Assembly (NCBI GenBank): GCA_965216785.1
Contig: OZ244197.1
Span: 2,784,001-2,848,000 of the forward strand
From: Thermodesulfobacteriota bacterium
GTDB lineage: Bacteria; Desulfobacterota_D; UBA1144; Nemesobacterales; UBA2774
Length of the DNA stretch: 64,000 bases
Reading direction: 5' to 3'
Shown here one piece after another: positions 9,014 to 19,067 of the stretch; the stretch's first letter is position 1, and the number at the start of each line of letters is the position of its first letter. The position numbers were made by a program, and so were the translations under genes. Under the pieces are notes generated by a model. The model saw only the letters and a program-made list of their open reading frames with translations, was not told the DNA's origin and ran no database searches.

Positions 9014-10786
9014 ATGTCTAAAACAAATTTCTACGACCTGCAGGAATATATAAACCATTTAAAGAAAATCGGCGACGTCGAGTACGTGAAGGCCGAAGTC
9101 GATCCGATATTGGAGATAACGGAAATCGCCTCCAGAGTGATAAAAGAGAACGGGCCCGCGCTTATTTTCGAGAACGTAAAGGGCGCTTCGTACCCTATGG
9201 CAATTAACCTTTTCGGTACTGAAGAGAGGGTGGAACTTGCTCTAGGGAGAAAACCCCGGGAAGTGGGTGAGGAGCTAGTTGAAATATTCCATAAAGTTAA
9301 TCCTCCGTCCTTGAAAGCCTTTTTCTCAATACTCCCTAAGGCATACGACCTGCTTTCGATGAGGACAAAAAAAGTAAAATTCGGGTTTTCCCAAGAGGTG
9401 GAAGAGCGCCCGAACCTGGACAAGCTTCCGATAATAAAATGCTGGCCGGACGACGGGGGCAGGTTTATTACGCTCGGGCTCGTGCTTACGGAAGACCCCG
9501 TCACATCGAGAAGGAACCTCGGGATATACAGGATGCAGGTTTATGACGAAAAAACCACTGGTATGCACTGGCACCCTCATAAAGGCGGAGCCGCTCACTA
9601 CCATGAAGCTGGAAAACTGGGAAGGCCTCTTGAAGTAGCTGTGGTGCTGGGCGGGGACCCGAAAATGATATTCACCGCAATCGCGCCGCTGCCTGAGGGA
9701 ATGGACGAGATTGCATTCGCCAGCTATCTGAGAGGAAAGCCGATACCGATGGTCAAAGGCAAGAGCGTATCTGTTAGCGTGCCCGCAAACGCAGAGTTTA
9801 TTATAGAGGGCATAGTCCCCCAAAACGAGCTACGGGAAGAGGGTCCGTTTGGAGACCACTTCGGACACTATTCGATGGAGGCTGATTTTCCGGTATTTCA
9901 TCTAAACGAAATTACGCACAGGATAAACCCTATAATGCCGGCAACTATTGTAGGCAAGCCTCCAAAGGAAGACGTATTTCTGGGTATGGCGGCGGGGGAT
10001 ATGTTCTCCCCTCTGACACGGATTATACACCCGGAGGTAAAAGATATGTGGGCCTACCCTGAGGCGGGCTTCCATAATCTCTTGGTAGTATCTGTAGACG
10101 AGCGCTATCCCAAGAACGGAATAAAAGCTATGCTCGCGCTCTGGGGCACCGGGCAGCTGCTGCTTACGAAAGTTATGATTACCGTATCGAGCGACGTTAA
10201 CCCCAGGGACTGGGACCAAGTGCTAAGAGAGATCGGCGAGAATTTTGACCCGGACGAGGATTTTCTGATGATCCCGTGGGCCCCTCTGGACACTCTGGAT
10301 TTTACAAGCGGGAAATTAAACGTGGGAAGCAAGATGGGAATAAACGCGGTCAGGGGCAGCAGCCGCAAGAAGAAAAAGCCTGCGCCGAAAAAACTCCCCG
10401 ACCCGAGGGAAAAGCATAAGTCTATCCTTGACTGGAGGCTGCTCGAGGGAGGCATACTGGCGATAAAGCTTGATAAGAACCCAAAGGATATGATAAAGAA
10501 AATTTTTAAGACGCCGGGCTATGAGGATGTGAGGATTGTGGCTATCGTTAGCCCCGATATAGACATTCATGATAACACAGAGCTTATCTGGGGGATATTT
10601 ACTAGATTCGACCCGTATCTTGATGTAGTATTTGAGCGCACCGAGCTAAAGGGCTCGGCCGTTGTTTACGGCGGGCGGATGGGAATAGATGCTACGATAA
10701 AAAACTGGTATCCTAAAGTGATTGAAATGACACCGGATATCGAGGAGCTTGTAAGCGAAAGATGGAACGAGTACTGGACGAAATAG
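9014..10786 (+). CDS. ubiD: UbiD-family menaquinone biosynthesis decarboxylase (MqnL-like)
   Basis: RRNLGIYRMQV, EGPFGDHFGHY, GKPPKED, DTLDF, KMGINA and RMGIDAT (duplicated C-terminal motif). Confidence 0.92.
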   Translation: MSKTNFYDLQEYINHLKKIGDVEYVKAEVDPILEITEIASRVIKENGPALIFENVKGASYPMAINLFGTEERVELALGRKPREVGEELVEIFHKVNPPSLKAFFSILPKAYDLLSMRTKKVKFGFSQEVEERPNLDKLPIIKCWPDDGGRFITLGLVLTEDPVTSRRNLGIYRMQVYDEKTTGMHWHPHKGGAAHYHEAGKLGRPLEVAVVLGGDPKMIFTAIAPLPEGMDEIAFASYLRGKPIPMVKGKSVSVSVPANAEFIIEGIVPQNELREEGPFGDHFGHYSMEADFPVFHLNEITHRINPIMPATIVGKPPKEDVFLGMAAGDMFSPLTRIIHPEVKDMWAYPEAGFHNLLVVSVDERYPKNGIKAMLALWGTGQLLLTKVMITVSSDVNPRDWDQVLREIGENFDPDEDFLMIPWAPLDTLDFTSGKLNVGSKMGINAVRGSSRKKKKPAPKKLPDPREKHKSILDWRLLEGGILAIKLDKNPKDMIKKIFKTPGYEDVRIVAIVSPDIDIHDNTELIWGIFTRFDPYLDVVFERTELKGSAVVYGGRMGIDATIKNWYPKVIEMTPDIEELVSERWNEYWTK

Positions 10787-11871
10787 AAAAACTTTGTTAC
10801 GACGAAAAACTGCTGCCCATACTGGAAAAAGTAGCGGACGGGGAGCGTCTCAGCTTTGAAGACGGTCTTACGATAATGGATACGCAGGACATAAACACCG
10901 TTGGGATGATGGCTGATTACGTTAAGCGTAAAAGAGCCGGAGACAAGGTGTATTTTGTGGTTAACCGCCACGTTAACCCCTCTAACATATGCGCCATTTC
11001 ATGCAGGTTCTGCGCGTTCGGAACTACGAAAAAATCTGCCAATGCTTACGAGCTTTCGCACGATCAGATACTTTCCATGCTTTCCGATGAGATCAAAGAG
11101 GTCCACATTGTAGGCGGCCTTCACCCGAACTGGAAGTTTGAGGATTACCTGGAAATCGTAAAGCTTGTAAAAGATAACTACCCTGAAACACACGTAAAAG
11201 CGTTCACCGCTGTAGAGATCGACTGGTTTACGGAGATAAGCGGAAAGAGTCTTGAAGGAGTGCTCGAAACATTAAGAGAGACAGGCGTAGACGCTCTAAC
11301 GGGCGGAGGCGCGGAGATACTCCACCCGGACGTGCGTAAGAAAATATGCGCCCCTAAGACAGTCGCGACGCGCTGGGAGGAGATACACAAGCTTGCTCAC
11401 AGTATGGGAATTCCGACTAACGCGACGATCCTCTACGGGCATATTGAAGAGCCCTTTCACATAGTAGACCATTACGAGCGCCTTAGAAATATCGAGGATG
11501 AGTCACCGGGGTTCTTTGCGTTTATTCCAGTTTTGTTTCAGCCGGAAAACACGGGGCTGAAAAATCAGGTTAAATTCTTCCCCGCCTCATATGACCTTAA
11601 GATTCACGCTCTCGCGAGGCTATATCTGGACAACTTCCCGCACATTAAGTCCTACTGGATCACGCTTGGGGAAAAAATGGCGCAGGTTGCGCTGCATTAC
11701 GGGTGCAGCGACGCAGACGGCACGATCATGCGTGAGAAGATTATTCACGACGCCGGAGCCCCTTCAGAGCTTGGGCACACACGTGACTTTATGGTCAACA
11801 TGATTAAGAACGCAGGATTCGTTCCGGTTGAGCGCGACGCGCTTTATAATGAAATACAGGTTTTCAACTAA
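10762..11871 (+). CDS. mqnE: Aminofutalosine synthase MqnE (radical SAM)
   Basis: NRHVNPSNICAISCRFCAF (CX3CX2C), EVHIVGGLHP, KAFTAVEI, GGGAEI, HIKSYW, PVERDALYN. Confidence 0.88.
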   Translation: MERVLDEIEKLCYDEKLLPILEKVADGERLSFEDGLTIMDTQDINTVGMMADYVKRKRAGDKVYFVVNRHVNPSNICAISCRFCAFGTTKKSANAYELSHDQILSMLSDEIKEVHIVGGLHPNWKFEDYLEIVKLVKDNYPETHVKAFTAVEIDWFTEISGKSLEGVLETLRETGVDALTGGGAEILHPDVRKKICAPKTVATRWEEIHKLAHSMGIPTNATILYGHIEEPFHIVDHYERLRNIEDESPGFFAFIPVLFQPENTGLKNQVKFFPASYDLKIHALARLYLDNFPHIKSYWITLGEKMAQVALHYGCSDADGTIMREKIIHDAGAPSELGHTRDFMVNMIKNAGFVPVERDALYNEIQVFN

Positions 11872-11956
11872 CTCTTCCACTAAATGTTATCTATGCACTG
11901 CAATACCGAGTGAAAATTCCTGAAATTCATATGTACACATTCCCCAGAAATTTGTG

Positions 11957-12448
11957 TCAATCAATTTGATGGAACCACTTCTCCGGAGTTTGACCCAGGA
12001 TACCCCCGAAGTACTGCTCGTCTGAGTCCCTGAGCTTCCATGATTTGACTGTTTCGGGCCTTACGCTGATCGTAAGCTCGCCGATTGCGGTAAACCCGCC
12101 GCCTACTACCGGGTCTGCGAGGGCGGTATCTGTAAGATAGCGCTTAAGAATTTTAACATGGATCGCTTGAGACTCCTCGCCAGTTATTATCTCTGCGTTC
12201 CCAGTAGCGCTAACCCACTGTTCGCTGCCCTGTCTACCTCTGCTATCAACCATGATAGAAACGCCGGGACGTTTGAGTATGTTCTTATACTTCCTCGCAT
12301 ATGACCCGCTGGATATCAAGAATCGGTCGTCTTCAAAGAGGTACCACACGGGGGTGAGGTGAATCGAGCCGTCCTCGTTTTGCGTCGCCAAAGTAGCATA
12401 GTGGCGCCCCTTCAGAAAATCCCTAATTGAATCATTAAGCATAGACAT
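11957..12448 (-). CDS. Pyridoxamine 5'-phosphate oxidase-like (PPOX class, possibly F420-binding) protein
   Basis: ATLATQNEDGSIHLTPVWY and RKYKNILKRPGVSI split-barrel motifs. Confidence 0.8.
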   Translation of the reverse strand: MSMLNDSIRDFLKGRHYATLATQNEDGSIHLTPVWYLFEDDRFLISSGSYARKYKNILKRPGVSIMVDSRGRQGSEQWVSATGNAEIITGEESQAIHVKILKRYLTDTALADPVVGGGFTAIGELTISVRPETVKSWKLRDSDEQYFGGILGQTPEKWFHQID

Positions 12449-12515
12449 AACCTACCTCCTGATCTTTATTCAAAGCTGAACTAATTTAGACTATCTACAT
12501 TATAATATTTCTATC

Positions 12516-13277
12516 TCAAGTCTTGAGCCTGTAGCCGGTTTTAAAAATCCACCAGACTGCCGCTACGCATAGGATCAGGAAAAGTACCGTCATTGCAAAG
12601 CTCACTACCACGTTTACGTCCGCGATGCCGTAAAAGCTCCACCTGAAACAGCTTACGAGATATACAACGGGATTAAACAGGGTGACTTTCTGCCAGAACA
12701 CGGGCAGCATGTTGATCGAGTAAAAAGTTCCGCCCAAAAACGTGAGCGGCGTGATGATCATAAGCGGTACTATCTGTAGCTTCTCAAAACCATCGGCCCA
12801 GATGCCGAGTATAAACCCGAACAAGCTGAAAGTAACGGATGTGAGAACTAGGAAACCGAACATCCATATGGGATGCTCCACTTCGTATGCAATGAAAAGA
12901 CGAGCCGTAATGAGTATGAGCACGCCAAGAATGACCGATTTTGTTGCCGCCGCGCCTACATAGCCGATGACTATTTCAATGTAGGAAACTGGAGCGGACA
13001 GGACTTCGTAAATAGTGCCGGCAAAGCGCGGCATATAGATGCCGAAAGAGGCATTGGCAATGCTTTCTGTCATTAGCGAGAGCATTATAAGGCCCGGGAT
13101 GATGAACGCGCCGTAGCTGACCCCTTCGACATCACCCATGCGGGACCCGATTGCGTCACCGAAGACAACGAAGTATAGTGAGGTCGAAAGAATCGGCGTC
13201 GCTATGCTCTGGATAAGCGTCCTCCACATGCGCGCCATCTCGAATTTATATATAGCTCTTATGCCGTATATGTTCAT
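12516..13277 (-). CDS. ABC-2 type transporter permease (YadH-like)
   Basis: Six TM segments; [23 protein letters not shown]; overlaps the ATPase stop. Confidence 0.9.
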   Translation of the reverse strand: MNIYGIRAIYKFEMARMWRTLIQSIATPILSTSLYFVVFGDAIGSRMGDVEGVSYGAFIIPGLIMLSLMTESIANASFGIYMPRFAGTIYEVLSAPVSYIEIVIGYVGAAATKSVILGVLILITARLFIAYEVEHPIWMFGFLVLTSVTFSLFGFILGIWADGFEKLQIVPLMIITPLTFLGGTFYSINMLPVFWQKVTLFNPVVYLVSCFRWSFYGIADVNVVVSFAMTVLFLILCVAAVWWIFKTGYRLKT

Positions 13278-14200
13278 TGTTTCTCGGTTACCAGACTGAC
13301 AAAGATTTCCTCAAGAGTGCTTTTGCTCGAATGAAGGTCCCTTATGTCTATCCCGTGATGATGGAGGTGTCCCAGGAGCTCCGCTACACCGGTTTGCTCG
13401 CTTCTGGCATCGAAGGTGTAAATAAGCTCAGTGCCGTCGGAAGATAGCTCAAGCGAAAGCTCATCGAATGCGCCCGGTATCGATTTTAGAGGATTCTGTA
13501 GCTCTAGTTTTAACTGCTTCTTACCCAGCTTCTCCATTAACGCCGTCTTGTCCTCTACTAAAATTATCTCTCCTTTATTGATAATACCGATGCGATCAGC
13601 CATCTCTTCCGCCTCATCTATATAATGAGTAGTAAGAATGATAGTAACGCCGTTTTCCCGCAGACCCCTTACCATCTCCCACATTTCCCGCCGCAGCTCT
13701 ACATCGACCCCGGCGGTAGGCTCATCGAGGAAAAGAATCTTGGGCTCGTGGGAAAGCGCCTTTCCAATTAATACGCGGCGCTTCATGCCGCCTGAGAGCT
13801 CTATGATCTTGGAATCTTTCTTATCCCAAAGCGATAGATCACGTAGGACTTTCTCGAGATAGGCGGGGTCCGGGGGTTTTCCGAATAGCCCACGGCTGAA
13901 ATTCATGGTATCCCCAACAGCTTCGAACACGTCCGTTGTGAGCTCCTGGGGAACCAGCCCTATTTTTGCTCTCGCGGCTTTATAGTCGGAAATGATATCA
14001 TGGCCGTCTGCGGTAATTGTGCCGGTGCTTGGGGTTACTATTCCGCAGATGATGCTGATGAGAGTAGTTTTTCCGGCTCCGTTGGGACCGAGTAATGCAA
14101 ATATCTCCCCCTTTCTTATATCCAGGTCAGTGCTTTTCAGGGCCTCGACGCCGGATGCATATATCTTAGACACATTCTTTACTGAAATGATGTTTTCCAA
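13274..14200 (-). CDS. ABC transporter ATP-binding protein (YadG-like)
   Basis: [32 protein letters not shown]. Confidence 0.93.
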   Translation of the reverse strand: MENIISVKNVSKIYASGVEALKSTDLDIRKGEIFALLGPNGAGKTTLISIICGIVTPSTGTITADGHDIISDYKAARAKIGLVPQELTTDVFEAVGDTMNFSRGLFGKPPDPAYLEKVLRDLSLWDKKDSKIIELSGGMKRRVLIGKALSHEPKILFLDEPTAGVDVELRREMWEMVRGLRENGVTIILTTHYIDEAEEMADRIGIINKGEIILVEDKTALMEKLGKKQLKLELQNPLKSIPGAFDELSLELSSDGTELIYTFDARSEQTGVAELLGHLHHHGIDIRDLHSSKSTLEEIFVSLVTEKQ

Positions 14201-14449
14201 AAGTTAACCGCTCTAGTTTGATTTACAGCACCTATGTAGAAGGCTCTATAGGTTCCGTCATATTTGATGAGGAAAAAGTATATGGGATGCAATGCAAAAG
14301 GCAAAGGAAGTATATGGATTTCTGATAACTACATTCAGGCGATGGCAAGTATTAGGCTTGGACGTAAAATTGCCAGAAAATACCACGGCCCATACAGGGG
14401 CCTCGTAATGACGGCTTCAGGGGATTTAATTCAATCCTTATTGCCAGTG

Positions 14450-15742
14450 TTACTCGGAATCTTCGGATTTACCGTCGAGCATCTGATAGAGCTTTCTGTT
14501 ACCGTTATTTTTCGCGAGCTGGTTCCAACGTTCAACGAGATAGTATTTAGATTCCTCAAACCTGCGGGTCCTGTCTTCAAGATAGAGCTCTGTTTCGGCG
14601 TCGTCCATCTTGGATACCCTGTTCACGAACGATAACGTACAGGAGTAATAAAGCGGTATCAGAGCTTCCATCATTTTTTCACGGTCTATATTGGTATTGT
14701 AAATATGGGCTAGAGTAAAATCGAACAAGATTCTGACCCATTCGTCGTCTTCATAATGAAACTCGTCGGGAGGAACTTCGCTAAGCCTGTGAAGGACCTG
14801 CATGTTCGAGGGCATAAGCACTTGCTGCCAAATATCGCCGTAATCCTCAAACCCGGTAATGAATGATTTGTGAAGCAGATCCGTGCTAACCGTAACTTCC
14901 TGGCTCACACCTGTTTGGCCGAGACCAAAGCCGTAAATGACGCTTGGGCGTGATACTTCAATGTTTTTCCAGACGTATTCAAAGATCTTTACCATCTCGA
15001 AGATGGTACCGACCACTTGTGAAAACATAGGTCCCAGATCGCTTGCCGGGTCTTTGGTGCGGTGGGTTTTCGATGAGCCCATGAATGCCTGGCAGACCTT
15101 AAAGTTGCGGCAAATGGCAACCGTGGTCATCCATATGTCTATACCGAAATTGCAGATCGCGTCGTTCCACGTAGGCTCGAGAAGCAAGCAATTGGCAAGC
15201 CTGCCCGAGAACGCGAAGTCTCCGGCAATCGGCTGCCGTATTCTGAGCCCAAAAAGCGTACGGAGCATGGGGTATGCAATGTTGTTTGTTATTGTGCCGT
15301 CGTATTTATGTCTCAGGTAAATGGGTACGACGAAATCGTATCCGTCAGTAAGGGGCTCGATGAAGTATTTTATCCACCTAGGCGTAAGACTCTTGAGGTC
15401 GGCGTCGAGCATAATTATGGCTTTGGCATTTAAGCCAGAGGCGACCTCTAGCAAGTTGCGGACGTTGCGTCCTTTGCCCAATACACCCTTTTTAGTAGAT
15501 ACGTACATCTTCGGGATTTTCGTTGGGGTGCTTAAAAATACATCTTTAGTCCCGTCAGGAGAGCAATTATCAACATTTACGATTACAGAGCTTTTATGTG
15601 GAAAATAGATATTGAGGCCCTTGCTCGCCTGCTCTACAGGGAAATATATGGAGTCTGCCTCATTATACGAGGGGATCCCGACGACTATGTCTGCAGAGGT
15701 TATTTTTGTGGGGTTTTCTATGTGATCTATCATAGATTCCAT
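14450..15742 (-). CDS. GT-A glycosyltransferase resembling glucosylglycerate synthase (Ggs-like)
   Basis: DIVVGIPSYNEA, DNCSPDGT, DADL, RHKYDGTITN..AYP, RQPIAGDFAFS, FGIDIWMTT. Confidence 0.75.
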   Translation of the reverse strand: MESMIDHIENPTKITSADIVVGIPSYNEADSIYFPVEQASKGLNIYFPHKSSVIVNVDNCSPDGTKDVFLSTPTKIPKMYVSTKKGVLGKGRNVRNLLEVASGLNAKAIIMLDADLKSLTPRWIKYFIEPLTDGYDFVVPIYLRHKYDGTITNNIAYPMLRTLFGLRIRQPIAGDFAFSGRLANCLLLEPTWNDAICNFGIDIWMTTVAICRNFKVCQAFMGSSKTHRTKDPASDLGPMFSQVVGTIFEMVKIFEYVWKNIEVSRPSVIYGFGLGQTGVSQEVTVSTDLLHKSFITGFEDYGDIWQQVLMPSNMQVLHRLSEVPPDEFHYEDDEWVRILFDFTLAHIYNTNIDREKMMEALIPLYYSCTLSFVNRVSKMDDAETELYLEDRTRRFEESKYYLVERWNQLAKNNGNRKLYQMLDGKSEDSE

Positions 15743-16099
15743 GATTAATGACCATCCTTCTTTAAGTACTTTGTTACACTCACTGCACGCGCCATGTATA
15801 CAAAATAATTTAGAATCTTATATAAAGTATACACCGCCTACATTATATAAATCTCATATATTAATAAATTGAAGCATCTAAGAGCTTCATTTAAACTCAA
15901 ATATATACTAGAATCGGGAAAAATCCATAGCTCAACCCACCTATACATGTATTTGGAAATCTACGCCGAAGAAACCATGGTAGTTATTGTATTTATCCGA
16001 CTAAAATAAATTAATACCGAGAACTTATATTATGTGATTTATTTCCGTATAATAAGGGTAGAGATAAGTAAATAAATAAAATACATGGAGGGAATTAAG

Positions 16100-16867
16100 A
16101 TGACAACGCTTGTGCACTCAAGTACCAGGAAAATGCTTGTTGTAGCCTTATTGATGGTTATGGGATACGCGCCCGTAAAAAGCCTCGCGCATGACGTAAC
16201 CCCGCACCCTGCGCCTTATAGCGGGAGCGATAAAGTATATCTGAACCAAATAGTCCCGATAATTACAGAGCTATCGGAAGTGGGTGAGGCTGTAAGCGCC
16301 TCGGCTGTAGGCCTACAGTCAAAGCCAAGCGAAGAGTGCGCGAACGAAAACGGTTTTTTCCAGGGGGTTGTTGGAGAGCTCAGAAATAACCTCGGCGCTA
16401 TAACACCGCCACAAAGGATGAAAGCCGTACACGTGAAAGCGCTTGACGGATTTACTGATTATATGACGGGGCTGAACCTTTATATCTCGGCATGCACGGA
16501 CAAAGAAACATCAATGCAAACAAAACTATTTGATCAGGGCACGCAGTATATCGTTAACGCGGACAGGACTATTCAAGCTGTAAACGACATGATCGCAAAC
16601 CCCGGACACATTCCCGCAAGACCAGCGGCCAGGGATCAGATTAAAGAATGGTGCGGGGCCAGATGGGCGGCAAATTACCAGATGCAGGAGCATTGCATAC
16701 AGGCACAGACACAGTCAAGGGAAGAGCTGGCGGGGATACTCGAGCGCAACCCGCGTGGGACCCCGGGACATGACGTGATACTCGACTGCACGGCGACTTG
16801 GACTGACCCGACAGGGGCATATAACTATAAGATGATAGTTTTCTGCGCCAAAAACAAGATCCAATGA
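16100..16867 (+). CDS. Secreted hypothetical protein with a tandem Cys/Trp repeat at the C-terminus
   Basis: GGAGGGA RBS before ATG at 16100; signal peptide ending ...VKSLA; two C-x3-W-...-NY-x-M-x3-C units. Confidence 0.75.
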   Translation: MTTLVHSSTRKMLVVALLMVMGYAPVKSLAHDVTPHPAPYSGSDKVYLNQIVPIITELSEVGEAVSASAVGLQSKPSEECANENGFFQGVVGELRNNLGAITPPQRMKAVHVKALDGFTDYMTGLNLYISACTDKETSMQTKLFDQGTQYIVNADRTIQAVNDMIANPGHIPARPAARDQIKEWCGARWAANYQMQEHCIQAQTQSREELAGILERNPRGTPGHDVILDCTATWTDPTGAYNYKMIVFCAKNKIQ

Positions 16868-16915
16868 GAGCACGCGTTGTTACTCTACGTAGAGTAAATT
16901 CCAGAGGAGATTAAC

Positions 16916-17275
16916 ATGCTTGAGTTAATACCGTTTAGGGAAGACAACATTATTGGTTTTCGGCTTAAAGGCAGCATCGAAGAGGATAGGTTTGACGAAG
17001 CGGTGGCGAAGATGGAGGAGATGCTTCAAAAGCACGATAAGCTAAGAGTCTACGCGGAGATAGAGGAGGTAGGCGGTATGAACGTGAATACGTTTATGAA
17101 GGATATCCATTTTAAACTCAAGCATTTTAACGATTTCGAGAAAGAGGCAGTGGTGTCCGACAAGGGGTGGATCCAAACGTGGATTAATATAGCCGACACC
17201 ATTTTCCCTCACATTGAGATCAAACACTTTTCTATGAGCGAGAAGGAAGAGGCTAAGGAGTGGCTTAAGGCATAG
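16916..17275 (+). CDS. SpoIIAA-like (STAS/SEC14) domain protein
   Basis: IIGFRLKGSI, KLRVYAEI, FEKEAVVSDKGWI, EIKHF...EEAKEWL. Confidence 0.85.
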   Translation: MLELIPFREDNIIGFRLKGSIEEDRFDEAVAKMEEMLQKHDKLRVYAEIEEVGGMNVNTFMKDIHFKLKHFNDFEKEAVVSDKGWIQTWINIADTIFPHIEIKHFSMSEKEEAKEWLKA

Positions 17276-17327
17276 CCATATTAATGCTATTGTTACAGGC
17301 AGTTAGACTTAACTATTCAAATACCAC

Positions 17328-17822
17328 ATGAGCTCTGAGATGATATATAGAAATATAGTAGCCGGGGAAGAGGTAGAGGTATGCAACCTTGTGGCGCGCT
17401 CGTTTAACGAGTTTATCGCTCCGGAGTTTTCTGAGGCGGGCATAGAGGAGTTTTACCGCTACGTGAACCCAAGGGCTCTCCACAGGAGGTGGCGGGCCGG
17501 ATATCACGTGATCGTGGCCGAAGACGAGGGTATGATCGTCGGGGTCGTGGAAGTTAAGAAGAGAAGGCACATTTCCATGTTATACGTTGAAAAGGCATAT
17601 CATAGAAAAGGTATAGCAAGTGAGCTTTTGAACAGGGCGCTTGATTATATTCTCTCAGCCGCACCTAAAACAAAGGAAGTAACTGTAAATTCCTCAAAGT
17701 ACGCAAGGGCTTTTTATGAAAGAGAAGGTTTTCGGAAAACAGAGGATGAGAAGGTGATACACGGCATACTCCACACTCCGATGACGCTTTTGCTGAACGG
17801 GAAAAAGGCGGTAAATTCTTGA
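17328..17822 (+). CDS. GNAT family N-acetyltransferase
   Basis: HISMLYVEKAYHRKGIASEL motif A; VNSSKYARAFYEREGF. Confidence 0.9.
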   Translation: MSSEMIYRNIVAGEEVEVCNLVARSFNEFIAPEFSEAGIEEFYRYVNPRALHRRWRAGYHVIVAEDEGMIVGVVEVKKRRHISMLYVEKAYHRKGIASELLNRALDYILSAAPKTKEVTVNSSKYARAFYEREGFRKTEDEKVIHGILHTPMTLLLNGKKAVNS

Positions 17823-18541
17823 AAACCCCTCTCGATAAAAAATCAACACCGGATGAGATAAGGGACAGATTCGATAGCGACGTTGAGAGGTTCTCGGACC
17901 TTGGCACTGCGCAGGAAGCGGTGATCGACGCCCCGATAATGCTCGAGCTCATTTCAGATCTCGCAGCTGTGGTGAAACCAGGCGCGGAGAATATGCTCGA
18001 CATAGGCTGCGGCGCGGGGAATAACTCTATAATGATAGTTAGAGGCATACCGGGGCTAAATTGCGACCTGCTCGACCTGAGCCTGCCGATGCTTGAAAAA
18101 GCCCAAGAGCGTTTAAAAAATGAAAAAGCCGGAGAAGTAAAAACTTTCCAGGGGGATTTCAGAGACGTGCCCCTACCCCGCTCGCACTACGACCTGATTG
18201 TGGCCGCGGCGGTGCTGCACCACTTAAGAGACGACTCTGATTGGGAGTATTGCTTTAAGAAGATTTATGATCTGCTAAGACCGGGGGGAGCGCTCTTTGT
18301 AAGTGACCTAGTACACCACGAGCACGACGCCGTGCACGAGAGCATGTGGAAACGCTACGGGGAGTACCTTGCATTCCTGGGAGACTCGGGCTACAGAGAC
18401 AAGGTTTTTGGGTATATAGACGTAGAGGATTCGCCAAGGAGTATTACTTATCAATTGGAGCTGATGAGAAAAGTAGGGTTTACGAACGTGGACGTTCTTC
18501 ATAAAAATTCCTGTTTCGGCGCCTACGTGGGCGTTAAATAA
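17819..18541 (+). CDS. Class I SAM-dependent methyltransferase
   Basis: LDIGCGAG, LDLSLPML, AVLHHLR, LRPGG. Confidence 0.9.
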   Translation: MKTPLDKKSTPDEIRDRFDSDVERFSDLGTAQEAVIDAPIMLELISDLAAVVKPGAENMLDIGCGAGNNSIMIVRGIPGLNCDLLDLSLPMLEKAQERLKNEKAGEVKTFQGDFRDVPLPRSHYDLIVAAAVLHHLRDDSDWEYCFKKIYDLLRPGGALFVSDLVHHEHDAVHESMWKRYGEYLAFLGDSGYRDKVFGYIDVEDSPRSITYQLELMRKVGFTNVDVLHKNSCFGAYVGVK

Positions 18542-18587
18542 CACATAAAGATAATAAGATGGAATAATAGCAGAAACACAAAAACTA

Positions 18588-18617
18588 TTGATTCGGACTC
18601 CCGGATCGTTCTATAAT
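18588..18617 (+). promoter_or_regulatory. Sigma70-type promoter of the small ORF
   Basis: TTGATT (18588) - 18 bp - TATAAT (18612). Confidence 0.6.
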
Positions 18618-18646
18618 ATGATTATATCCTTCAAAAGGAGACTATT

Positions 18647-18751
18647 ATGGGCGATCAATATGATAAACAGCAGGAGAGTATGGGAGCGTTTCTGTTTCTC
18701 TTAGCTTTAGTTTTGTTCGGAGTGCTTACTATTTATCTGTGGTTTAGCTAG
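18647..18751 (+). CDS. 34-aa single-TM small protein (below the ORF-track cutoff)
   Basis: AAGGAG RBS; MGDQYDKQQESMGAFLFLLALVLFGVLTIYLWFS*; own promoter and terminator. Confidence 0.7.
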   Translation: MGDQYDKQQESMGAFLFLLALVLFGVLTIYLWFS

Positions 18752-18788
18752 AAACCATTAGTACTATCCAAAAATTTCTACTTCTAAC

Positions 18789-18813
18789 AAAAAGGGGGCC
18801 GAGGCTCCCTTTT
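18789..18813 (+). terminator. Intrinsic terminator
   Basis: AAAAGGGGGCC-GA-GGCTCCCTTTT hairpin with A/T tails. Confidence 0.75.
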
Positions 18814-19067
18814 CAGTATCGTTATTCTTGTTTTTGCAGTGGCAACAGATTCAAGTAATAACTGTACCAATTCAAAAAAACATTGTTTTTAGAATTAGGG
18901 GGGTTCATTTGGGAGATTACTGATTCTCTTTAAATCTATACCCCCAAAGGCTTTACTAGGCTCTTTGGGTTTATGTTATTGAGGGCTTTTATTAATTGTT
19001 GACATTGAACTCCCTTGAACCTAATTTTAGATAAAGACTCTACTTAGTATTCAAGCACAATCTAAAA

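Noticed and set aside
10762-11871. CofH (F420 biosynthesis), given nearby PPOX and LLM genes
   Set aside because: The GGLHP and KAFTAVEI motifs and the ubiA/ubiX/ubiD context fit MqnE better; F420 use cannot be shown from this window.
18895-18972. Structured RNA or riboswitch upstream of the MFS-deaminase genes
   Set aside because: Hairpins are possible but match no family I recognise, and they lie upstream of the likely TTGACA (18999) promoter.
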